64,000 nt of DNA, from NCBI RefSeq assembly GCF_009914755.1, contig NC_060947.1; one strand, 5' to 3'. The stretch is from the human T2T-CHM13v2.0 reference genome, Homo sapiens. A program made the position numbers and the translations under genes. This document shows positions 50,811 to 64,000 of this stretch, piece after piece (within the stretch, counting starts at the first letter, position 1; the number at the start of each line of letters is the position of its first letter). Under the pieces are notes generated by a model. It had not been told where the DNA came from. It ran no database searches and saw nothing but the letters and a program-made list of their open reading frames with translations.

Positions 50811-52398
50811 AGTGTCCGGAATTGGTAGGTTCTTGGTCTCACTGACTTCAAGAATGAAGCCGCGGACCCTCGCAGTGAGTGTTACAGTTCTTAAAGGTGG
50901 CATGTCTGGAGTTTTTTCCTTCTGATGTTCAGATGTGTTCAGAGTTTCTTCCTTCTGGTGGGTTCGTGGTCTCGCTGGCACAGGAGTGAAGCTGCACACC
51001 TTCACGGTGAGTGTTACAACACTTAAGGCGGCACATCTGGAGTTGTTCGTTCCTCCCGGTGGGCTCGTGGTCTTGCTGGCTTCAGGAGTGAAGCTGCAGA
51101 CCTTCCCAGTGAGTGTTACAGCTCATAAAGGCAGTGTGGACCCAAAGAGTGAGCAGTAGCAAGATTTATTGCAAAGAGCGAAAGAACAAAGCTTCCACAG
51201 TGTGGAAGGGGACCTAAGCGGGTTGCCACTGCTGGCTCGGGCAGCCTGCTTTTATTCTTTTATCTGGCCCCACCCACATCCTGCTGACTGGTAGAGCCCA
51301 GTGGTCTGTTTTGACAGGGCACTGATTGGTGCATTTACAATCCCTGAGCTAGACATAAAGGTTCTCCAAGTCCCCACCAGATTAGCTAGATACAGAGTGT
51401 TGACACAAAGGTTCTCCAAGGCCCCACCAGAGTAGCTAGATACAGAGTGTCCATTGGTGCATTCACAAACCCTGAGCTAAACACGGGGTGCTGATTGGTG
51501 TGTTTACAAACCTCGAGCTAGATACAGAGTGCCGATTGGTGTATTTACAATCCCTGAGCTAGACATAAAGGTTCTCCAAGTCCCCACCAGAGTAGCTAGA
51601 TACAGAGTGTGGACTGGTGCATTCACAAACTGTGAGCTAGACACAGGGTGCTGATTGGTGTGTTTACAAACCTTGAGCTAGACACAGAGTGCCGATTGGT
51701 GTATTTACAATCCCTTAGCTAGACATAAAAGTTCTCCACGTCCCCACCAGACTCAGGAGCCTACCTGGCTTCACCCAGTGGATCCCGCATCGGGGCTGCA
51801 AGTGGAGCTGCCTGCCAGTCCCGTGCTGTGCGCCCACACTCCTCAGCCCTTGGGTGGTGATGGGACTGGGTGCCATGGAGCAGGAGGTTGTGCTCATTGG
51901 GGAGGCTCGGGCTGCACAGCAGCCCACGGAGAGGGTGGGAGGCTCAGACATGGCGGGCTGCAGGTCCCGAACCCTGCCCTGCAGGAAGGCAGCTAAGGCC
52001 TGGCGAGAAATCAAGCACAGCGCCCGTGGGCCGGCACTGCTGGGGGACCCAGTACACCCTCCGCAGCCGCTGGCCCAGGTACTAAGCCCCTCATTGGCCG
52101 GGGACAGCAGGGCCGGCCGGCTGCTCCGAGTGTGGGGCTCCAAGCCCACGCCCATCCGGAACTCCAGGTGGCCCACAAGCGGTGCGCACAGCCCAGGTTC
52201 CCGCTCCTGCCTCTCACTCCACACCTCCCTGCAAGCTGAGGGAGCCGGCTCCGGCCGTGGCCAGCCCAGAAAGGGGCTCCCACAGTACAGCGGTGGGCTG
52301 AAGGGCTCCTCAAGTGCTGCCAAAGTGGGAGCCCAGGCAGAGGAGGTGCCAAGAGCGAGCGAGGGCTGTGAGGACTGCCAGCATGCTGTCACCTCTCA
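50811..52398 (-). mobile_element. Solo LTR12 (LTR12C-like, ERV9)
   Basis: Minus strand starts TGAGAGGTGACAGCATGCTGGCAGTCCTCACAGCC and ends CCAATTCCGGACAC; tandem CCAAT repeats at ~51320-51740; TSD GAAC at 50807-50810 and 52399-52402. Confidence 0.95.
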
Positions 52399-52484
52399 GA
52401 ACTAATCACCCTCAGAATGAATACTCCATTTAGGCAGTGCTCAGGAGATGATTAAATACCCTCCTGCTGCCACAGAGTTCAACT

Positions 52485-52590
52485 TTTAAAAAAATAACGT
52501 ATTTTACTTAACCCAGTACATCCAAAATATTATCTTGAAACATAATTAGTATAAAAAGCATTAAGGAGATATTTTAGACTCTCTTTTGTA
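52485..52590. mobile_element. MER3/MER33-like DNA transposon fragment
   Basis: ATTTTACTTAACCCAGTACATCCAAAATATTATCTTGAAACATAAT resembles the recalled MER3/MER33 core. Confidence 0.5.
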
Positions 52591-52600
52591 CTAATTTTTC

Positions 52601-54543
<1,943 letters not shown>

Positions 54544-57261
54544 ATGCTTTTTTACTCTTTACATTAGTGTACTATTAATGTCAACTCCAATTCTTAATAT
54601 AACCTTATTCAGTTTTAATGCCTGACTATAAGGTAAGATTTTCATTAACATTTGGTAACCCTTTACAAATTTTTGTTAAAGAGCATGTCAGTGCTCTTTG
54701 AGAAACTTGTTGTGCTTTTATTTTAATGTTCAATTTCAATGAGATAATACCCTTTTAATTTTGTTAATGTTCACACACACAATTTCTTTTACCAGATTAA
54801 TTTTTCACAAACTTTCCACAACTTGCAGAAACCTCCAGTTTTTTCCTATATAACTTAAAATAATCCTTTAACCCTCCACACTAGGCAAACAAAAATTCAC
54901 ATTCCCATGAAGCACATTTTACTTTCCTTATAAACCTTGCATGTAAAACTGTTTTTATTTCCCAAAGATTGCTTAAGTCATGTGAACTAAAAGGCATTGC
55001 ACTTTTTACTTTTCTGACAAAATATTTAAGTGCTTATTATTTTAAACAAATTAATAAAACTTTTGCATATATAGACATCACACTCACAACACATGTAAAT
55101 ACACAGACACAAGATCCTGTAGTTGTAAAGTTTTCCATTTGCCAGTTTTTAAATTGGATTACTGGTTTCAGGGTGAAGCCCTTGGAGGAGCAGGGCCAGG
55201 AAAGTATGCAGTTTCTATGACTTAATAAGCAGGCATAGCTGGAAGGCTAAGACAGATCCCCCATATTAGGAATCCTATCCTATACCAGGTCTTGGATTCC
55301 CAAAAAAAGAAATGCTATGGAACAAGACAGTGCAATAAATTTACTGTGCATTTAATTGCAAAGCAACCCAAAGCCAATCAGCCCATTCTGTGATTAGCCC
55401 ATCCCCCATGGGGGTGTCAGCTCACGGTGGAGGTGGAGAGTGGGAACATCGCCATACCTTCCAGGTGACCAACAGCATGCTTCTCTGATCCAAACTCCAA
55501 GTGCGCAAAGAACCGAATATACCGCCCCCCATAACTGCCATTGGTTGTCTGTCCCCAAAAGTATATTTCCTACATAGTTAGCACACACCAAAGTTCTCTC
55601 ATAAAGCCAAGCAATTTCTGATACTCCCAAAAGTTAAAAACATCAGATAATGCAATGTGAAACAGAACAGAGCCTTAGATTTTGAGATGAATCTATCCAC
55701 TTTCAATTCCTGAGGTTTCATGAGGAAAACAGAGGTTTTTCCCAAAACGGGGGTCTATGGCACCTCCTGTTTTTCCCAAGGAGTCCCAAGCTGTTAGAAC
55801 TTGAATATCTGCTTTTAGTTAAGCTGACTTTTAACCATAGTTCTCTAAAAGTACCTTTAAATCTCTTATTACCCAACTTTAGCCATGCCAAACCCCCAAT
55901 ATTTCTGGCTTTTGCACTTCACCAAAGGTAACTTCCCAGGTGAAACCAATAAGCCTTAAATAAAGGTTATGATGTAACCACGAGTGTACAAGGTATTTTC
56001 AAAGGGGTGGTAAGCAGTTTTTACAAGATCTAGAATTTCCAGTGGTGGCTCAGAGAAAGGAAGGTTCAAGAAGGTGAGCCAGAAGACGTACATGGAGCGG
56101 AAGAGAGTCAACAAATGGTAAAGGTCACACAGATATCAAACCAGAAAGGACTCATACCCTAAGCCAGGATTAAACCCGGACTGTCATTGTAAAATTGCTC
56201 AGCCACAGCATTGGGCAGTTTCCATTGCCCTTCCCTGAAGGAGCCTAGAGCAGTCAATTTTGAGCTTGTAATGGCTTTTAGCTGCTTGAGATAATTTTTA
56301 GGGCTATGACATGAACCCCCAATTTCCTGTTTTTTGGATGGCAGAGACCAAGAGAAAGTACTGGCACTTGGTTACAAGGTCAAGCTCCCAAGGGCCTAAC
56401 TGACGAGTTTGCTGGGCCATCTTGCTCAAGGCACAAGCCATCTTAAGCCTGTGTTCTATCCTAAGATACCCCTTTTTCTAACAGAAAGATGCAGAAAGAG
56501 AAATTCATAGCACAAAGTACAACCGATTTGCTACGGCTTAAGACTAGCCTCACTAATTCTTTTTCCAACTAATAACAACTTTACAGAGGCGATAAGCAGT
56601 GATTTTTACCATTCCTTCAACTGGTTTGCACAGAGAGGGGAAAGACAAGGGAGAAAATCGTTGTCTTCAGTAGGGTGGGGAAGGTGAGGTGCTCAAGGAG
56701 GCCAGAGAAAGACCCATCCATCCCTGTAACACTGAATCAAAAGTTCAGGCAGCCGCTTGTCAATCTCAAAGGTATCTTTTCCAGCAGTCCCAGCAGCTCT
56801 CAGTTTTACCCCTTTGGGGAAGAAAAAGCTACCCATGACTTATAATCCTGTGCATGCCTAATCCTGTCATCTATAGCTGTCAGCAAAGAGTGTAAGGCAG
56901 ATTAATCCAAAGAGAATGGCAGTTAACAGCCCATGGTGCCAAACCCATTCTTAGCCGAGAAGGACTTTACCAAGAGGGGGCCTCTAATGCCCTAAATCTT
57001 AGGAAGGACTCTAACTTTCTTAAATTGGGCCTCAAACCCAAGTTTGGTCAAGCATCCTTGCCTGTAATTGAGAGGAGCCTTTAACCCCTTCAGTCATAGA
57101 AGAGACTCTAACTCCCCTAAGTTGGGCCTCTAACCCAGTTCCATCCTCTACCTGGGTACCCCACCACTTACTCAACGTCATCCAATCAGCACTGCAGTGT
57201 ATTTCTTTTGGGTCGGCGGGGGGGTCTCCTCAGTATCACCCCTTCATGGTAGCCAGGAAGA
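54544..57261 (-). mobile_element. MER41 internal region, right-arm copy (no 3' LTR)
   Basis: Mirror of 39348-42065. Confidence 0.75.
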
Positions 57262-57896
57262 TGTTACTGAAAAGGTGCCTTGATCCAGACTCCAAGAGAC
57301 AGTTCTTGGGTCTCACCCAAGAAAGAATTTGAGGTGAATCCATAGAGTAAAGTGAAACCAAGTTTATTAAGAAAGTAAAGGAGTAAATGAGTGACTACTC
57401 CAAGGCAGAGCAGTGGCTTGGGCTGCTTCACTAAGGATACTTCTAGTTATTTCTTGATTATATGCTAAACAAGGGGTGGATTATTCATGAGTTTTCCAGG
57501 AAAGGGGTGGGCAATTCCTGGAACTGAGGGTTCCTTCCCTTATTAGACTATATAGGGTAATTTCCTGATGTTGCCATGGCATTTGTAAACTGCCATGGTG
57601 CTGGTGGGAGTGTCTTTTAGCATGCTAATGCATTATAATTTGCATATAATGAACAGTGAGGATGACCAGAGGTCACTTTTATCACCATCTTGGTTTGGGC
57701 GGGTTTTGGCCAGCTTCTTTATTGCATGCTGTTTTATCAGCAGGGTCTTTATGACCCGTATCTTGTACTGACCTCCTATTTCATTCTGTGACTAAGAATG
57801 CCTTAATCTCCTGACAATGCAGCCCAGTAGGTCTCAGACTTATTTTACTCAGCCCCTACTCAAGTTGGAGTCCCTTTGGTTCAAAAGCCTCTGACA
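57262..57896 (-). mobile_element. MER41 LTR, right-arm copy
   Basis: Mirror of 38713-39347; GAS motifs at 57494-57502 and 57515-57523. Confidence 0.88.
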
Positions 57897-59535
57897 GTTT
57901 CTAACACCCTGGGAATCCTTAAGTAAAACAGAGGAGGTGCCAGACTCCCTTTTGGAAAAAAAAAAAAAAAAAAAAAAAAAATTCTATTTTTCCTTATGAA
58001 ACTCCAAGAGTGCAAACACACAAGTTTGTGTCAGATCTTAAACTGCTTGCTTTTGTATTTTGTATTTTGTTACCTGACTTTTTTTAACCTTTGACTAAAA
58101 TAGTTACTACAACAGAGGCTATTTTGAGGTTTAAATTACGGAAGCATGCAGTTTAGACACTTACAGAAATGTCTTTGTTTAAGAAAAGGTGCACTGTGAA
58201 AGTGTCACGTGGTATAACCTCATAATAATTTTCTCTTTTTGAAGACCCAGGATTCATGATCAGAGATCCAGTTAAAAGGTACAGAACAAATTTACACGAT
58301 GTATCTGAATAAAATTGATCTTCTCATACAATTTTATCATAGATTTCTATGAATTTGTGTTTGATTTGCCATTCATTTTTAATCTCTCTCTAGTACCACC
58401 AAACTCTTTCTCTCTGTACTTTGAGTTGTACGTCATTTTGCTATCTGGTTTTTCTCCTAAGAGTTGTTCCTCTAATACGCAAATTTAGGACTATCTAGCT
58501 GACAATTGCCTAGGGTAATGAAATCGGTTATCAAGAAATTGGAAGTCTAAAGGAAGAGAAAAAAAAAGAGGTCTTATGAATTTATAAGATCTACTTCTAT
58601 CAATGTGTCTAATACTTCTGTGTATTTATGTGTCATGTATATGATGTTTCACTACTAAGAATACTAAAAGAACTCTGATTGATTGGCTTTAAAAAGCACT
58701 AAAATCAAATGCTTTATCAGATAAACAGAGACTTTAAGACAAATGTTTTTTCAAGTTCATGTGAGTTAAGTAAATCTCTAACAAATAAGCTGGTTTGTAC
58801 AATGTTGGTGAAATAGAATTAGAAATGGCTTTAGAATTGCCAACATACATAATCGTTTAAATTTACTTTTCAAGTGGTTTTATGTTTATCTCTGCTTGAT
58901 GTCAAAATATGTCATGAGGGTTATACAGCTGTAAATGCAGTTCAAAAAAGAATTATCGTTGCTTATATAGAATTTGATAAATAAGGCATTTAATATTTTT
59001 TGTTTAATGAAAACAGCTAAATCCTGAGTGATTGGCAAAAAAACAACCCTATTAATGTAACCTCAAGGTTTATACTTGGAAAAACCTGAAATTCACAAGT
59101 TATAAAATGTGTAAACAAAAAAATAACTTAAAATAATAACTATCAGAGTTTTCATAAGTAATCTAGGTAAACTATTAAAAAATTAATCAACTGGGTAAAT
59201 TTAATGGAATAAATGCTTGTAAATAATCTTGCCATATGATTTAAAATCTAAAGTTATATTAACTTAAATAATACATGTTTATTAAATGTCTGGGTTACTT
59301 TCCATTTTACAAGTTATATTATAGAAAAACATTAAAAAAATAAATGTGTTCTTATTTAAAAGAAAATAAATGTTGTCTAAAGGTCATTTTAAAAGGTATT
59401 TATAAAACAAGGTAAAGGTAATCAGTAAATAAGAGCAATGTAAAGAATATATATATTTATATATGTATATTAATAAATACAAAAAGGTATTTTTGAAAAG
59501 AAAGGTTAAAAGAAAATAATTTTATACGAGAAAGA
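57897..59535 (+). mobile_element. MER4-group internal sequence, right-arm copy
   Basis: Mirror of 37075-38712. Confidence 0.7.
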
Positions 59536-59537
59536 AT

Positions 59538-62500
59538 CTTTTTCTTTATTTCAATAGGTTTTGGGGGAATAGGTGGTGTTTGGGTACATCTATAAGCTCT
59601 TTAGTGATGATTTCTGAGATTTTGGTGCAACCATCACCTAAGCAGAGTACACTGTATCCAGTGGGTAGTCTTTTATCATTCACCCCCTCCCACCCTTTTC
59701 CCCAAGTCCCAAAAGTTCACAGTATTACGTTTATGCCTTTGAGTCCTCATAGCTTAGCTCCAACTTATGAGTGAGAACATAAGATGTTTAGTTTTTCATC
59801 ACAGAGTTACTTCACTTAGAATAATGATCTCCAAATCCATCCAGGTTGCTGTGAATGAAATTATTTCATTCCTTTTTATGGCTGAGTAGTATTCCATGGC
59901 ATACGCATATATAGATATGTAATATTTTCTTTATCCACTCATTTATTGATGGGCATTTGGGCTGGTTCAATATTTTTGCACTTGCGAATTGTGTGATGTT
60001 TCAGGCTTCAGGACAGTAGGGAAAGTGTCCCTGTGTAGAAACCGGTTGTGGCTAAAGCAGTTGGGTAATTTTGCAACACCCAATGTTGGGCAGTTGTCTC
60101 AGCCTTGACAGAAGTGGCTAGAGAAGCTCTCAGAGAGTTCCACTGAGGTCTTAACATGGGGAGGAGTTGGAGCCACCTGAGTCTCCTGCCAGGACAGCAG
60201 AAAAGCTATCCACCTCTCAGTCACTCTCCTGTCCCAGTGCTCAAGTTATTCAAATTAGAGAGGCACCATTTTTTTTCATATGCAGGAATGTTGATATTTC
60301 AAGTAGAGAGGAATTGTGGCTCTGTCTGTCATGCAAGCCTGAACCTGTAAAGTGTTCCTTCTTCAGGAATGGAGTCACCCTGAATGTCATGTCCTCTTCT
60401 TCAAGACCTTCATATGCACCAGGGCTGTTTGACTGTTGGGTTGTAGCTGCAGACTTTCCTCTCTGAGCCCAGCACTAAAACTGCGCCTCTGCTGAAAGAA
60501 ACTTCCCACCAGTGGAAGGACCTGCCACTCAAGGCCTGCTCTCCAGATTCTTTTGTCTCATGGGGTGTTCCCTTGATGTGGTGCACTCTCCCTTCCCTTC
60601 CCGTAGGAGTGGGAGTCACTGAAAGCCAGACTATTGTGAGTGTTGTTGCTCTTCTGGGTCTAGCCACCCAGTGAAGTTGCCACACTTCAGCCTGCTACTG
60701 GGCCATGTGTGCGAGGGGTTCGGTGATGTGATCTGTCCTCAAGTTTCCCAGCGGTGGGTAGCAGCACCAGCTCTAATGGGAGTGGCAGGTGACTGATGTA
60801 GACTATGTGAGATTTTTTAGTTAACGATACCCTTAGTGTGTTGGCTTTCTCAAATGCCATTTACAGTAGTAATGAACTGGTCATGTGGACAAACTCAGGA
60901 CCTTCTGCTTAGGCATAGTGGTGCAGGCAGTGGTGATAGTTGAGGTTGTGCAGCCATTTTCTTCTTCTTAGGTGCAGTGTTATTCTACCAGGAGATGCTT
61001 AATGGACTGTGTTTCTTGGCCTCCAGCAAGAAAGTGGCACTTTCAAAGGAGTATCAGCTCTGGTAGTAACCGTGGGGGTTTCTGCTTGCCTTATGTTGCC
61101 CAAAGGGTGTGCTCTGGTTTCTCAGGCAATGGGCGGGACCATATAGTATTTATTAATTTTCATATAGCACTTATTGGACTATGTTTCTGTCCTTTGTGTT
61201 AAGCCACCAGGGCAGGTGGTGGGGCAAGGGCAGGTGGGAGCTTGGTCAGTCAGATCTTTTCTCTGACTCACCGTGTTCAGGGCAAGGAGGCACCTCTGTC
61301 GGTGTCAGGGAATGGGGGTGATTCTCAAGCCCCTGGTTTTTACAGAGGGGATTGTTGTTGCCTCTGCCGCATAGAAGGGCTCATGCAGGAAGTGGGGAGT
61401 AGCAGGTGGCAGTAAGCCCCACACAGATCCCACGCACTTGGTGAGGCAGATCCACCCCTGCAGTGTTCCACTGGTAGCAGTGAGCTAAGTTCCAGGAAGC
61501 CTGCACTCAGAACTAACAACTGCCCCAGGTTGTAAGCTTTCCCCATGGGGATAACAACCATGGCTTTTAGGCCATGCCCCTCCCTGTCTGCTCACAAAGC
61601 CAGGCACCTCATTCCTGCACTTCTGGCTGCAGCTCACTTTTCACTTACCCCCATCCTGGCGCTGGCCAAAGGAGTTTGTCTCCATCCAAGGATATACCAT
61701 GAAACACGGTCAGGGGCTTCTTTCAGCCTACAACCACTGCCTGAACTATTTGGCTGACCTTTGCAGGGTCCCCTGTGAGAAACAATAAAGACTGGCTTCT
61801 TTCAGTCTGCTCTGGAGATTGGGAGTGCACGCCAGGGTCTTCCTGCTGCTGCTCCTACTTTTATATTCCATGACCTTCTCCAATTTGGTTCCTGCACTGA
61901 GTAGGGTTAAGGCTTCCCACTGCGGCCTGGATTTTCAGGCTCCCTGGGAGGGGTGTGTATCCCAGAGGCAGTTTCTTCCCCTCTCACACACTGAGGACCC
62001 ACACTTGACTCGTGGTGTAGGCTGCAACCTGCCACTTCCTTCAAAGGGTCTGTGGATTCCTTCCATTTTCCTGTTCAGTTCCTGCATTGCTTCATGAAAA
62101 ATAGTTCACAGTGTGAACCTCTGCACACTATTTTGTCCTTCCAAGAGGGAGAGATATGCTAGCAATGCCTCTAATCCACCATGTTAAAAAAAAAAAAAAG
62201 TATGGTCTTTTTAATTATATCGATTCTTCCAATCCATGACCATGAGATGTTTTTCCATGGGTGTCTTGTGATTCTTTATGTAGAGATCTTTCACCTCCCT
62301 TGTTAAATGTATTTCTAGCTACTTTACTTATTTTGTAATCGATGTAAATGGGATTGCCTTATTGATTTCGTCCTCAGCTTCCTTGTTATTGGTGCTTAGA
62401 AATGCTACTGATTTTTGTATTTTGATTTGTGTCCTGAGACCCTGAAGAATTCATTTAACAAATCTAGAGTCTTTTTGGGGAATCTTTAGGGTGTTTTGGT

Positions 62501-63363
62501 ATAAAATCATATCATCAGTAAACAGAAAGAATTTGACTTCCACTTTTCCAACTTGGAACTCCTTTATTTCCTCATTTTGCCTGACCGATCTGGCTAAGAC
62601 TTCCACCAGTATGTTGAATAGGAGTAGTGAAAGTGGACATCCTTATATTGTTCCAGTTTCTAATGAAAATGCCTTCAACATTTTCCTATTCAAGGTGATG
62701 TCAACTGTTGATTTGTCATATACGTCCGTTATTATTTTGAGGTATGTTTCTTCAATGCCTAGATTGCTGAGAGTTTTTATCATGAAGAAATGTTGAAATT
62801 TGTCAAATAATTTTTCTCCATCTATTGAGATAATCACATGGTTTGTGCCCTTGATATATATTTATGTACTGTATCACATTTATTGACTTGCATATGTTGA
62901 AACATCCTTGTATCCCAGTAATAAAATTCACTTGGTCATGGTGTCTTATCTTTTTGATGTGCTGTTACATTTTATTTGCTAGTATTTTGCTGGTGATTTT
63001 TGCATCAGTGCTCATCAGGAATTATGGTATGCACTTCTCATTTATTTTGGTAGTGTTCTTATCTGGCTTTAGTATCAGGGTAGTACCGGCTTCACAGAAT
63101 GAGTTAGGAAGAATTCCATGCTTCTCTATTTTTGACATGTTACAGAATGATTGGTATCTGTTCTTTGTGCATTTGCTAGAATTGAGCTGTGAATCATTCT
63201 GATTCTGGGCATTTTTGTTGCTATTGTTGGGAGATTATTATTACTGGTTCAGTCTCACTACGCAATATTGGGCTGTTCAGGATTTCTTGTTCTCCTTGGT
63301 TCAATCTTGAGAGGTTCAATTTTTTTCCCCCAGGAATTTATACATTTCTTCTCTGTTTTCTAG
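59538..63363 (-). mobile_element. L1 fragments (L1PB 3' end, L1 5'UTR, L1 ORF2), right-arm copies
   Basis: Mirror of 33247-37072. Confidence 0.8.
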
Positions 63364-64000
63364 TGAGAGGAGTTAACTAGCTTGCCTTAGGTAGACAGCA
63401 AGGGAAGGGTCCCTGGAGAGCCCCTGACCCACGGGTCAGTGCCTCATCCCCATATAACACAAAAAGCTGCCTGGGGGAAAAAAAAATAAGCTGCTGGCAC
63501 TGATAAGGGAACTAGCACAGGGGGTTGTGCCTGGAGACATGCCCGTGGCTGCATGGATAGGAGAACCTCCAGCCCATTCAGACAAAAACTTGCACAAACC
63601 CCTGGCTCACTCAGATAAGGGAACAAGGCCCAACATAGAAATGCCTTTGTCCTATGTATAATCAACAGGCTCCAAGGAAAAAGTTTCCTCTCCTTTTGTG
63701 GGCATGAACATGGTGTGCTTCGTTGGGTTCAAGTGGGCACTTTCCTTTCATTTTTGGACTGTGATCCCAGCCTCTATGAATCATCACTTCAGCCCCTGAT
63801 TGGTCCCGGGCCAAACTTTCACTTCAGCTCCTGATAGGTCCCAGGCCAAGCTGACTAGCCTCTATGAATCATCAACTCCTGATTGGTCCCGGGCCAAGGT
63901 CCTGGGCCAAGCTGAATCATGCTTTCTCCAAGACAGCCCACAGACTAAGCACATTTCTTTCCCCTTTCCAGTCCATAAAATCCCCAGACCCCAGCCTCAT
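63364..64000 (+). mobile_element. ERV1 solo LTR, right-arm copy (cut by the window end)
   Basis: Mirror of 32610-33246. Confidence 0.75.

Noticed and set aside
51320-51740. Regularly spaced repeats resembling a CRISPR array
   Set aside because: They are the known LTR12 U3 tandem repeats with no unique spacers, in a eukaryotic context. The same applies to 32700-32840.
51715-52405. ORFs of 183-225 aa
   Set aside because: They lie wholly inside the GC-rich LTR12 U3 and resemble no protein family I recognise.

Overview
This is primate genomic DNA, almost certainly human because it carries a human-specific SVA_F1 element. It consists essentially of transposable-element sequence, with no protein-coding gene, RNA gene or CRISPR array. 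Positions ~790-37070 are a stack of nested, almost all plus-strand LINE-1 fragments with two Alus, LTRs and microsatellites. The main structure is a near-perfect large palindrome. The left arm runs from 32610 or earlier to 43973 and the right arm from 52636 to the window end. At least 11.4 kb per arm is visible, and I found only one SNP and one homopolymer indel by eye. The 8.66-kb spacer holds the end of a MER41 provirus that begins in the left arm, a MER4 LTR split by a TSD-bounded SVA_F1 (MAST2 exon-1 fusion plus ~285 bp of extra 5' sequence), and a co-oriented solo LTR12. Nested insertions show that the left arm plus spacer is the ancestral arrangement, and the arm boundary falls exactly at an L1PA 3' end. 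I see no evidence of a new enzymatic system; the interest is structural and evolutionary. Repeat subfamily names are from memory of consensus sequences and need RepeatMasker/Dfam confirmation.
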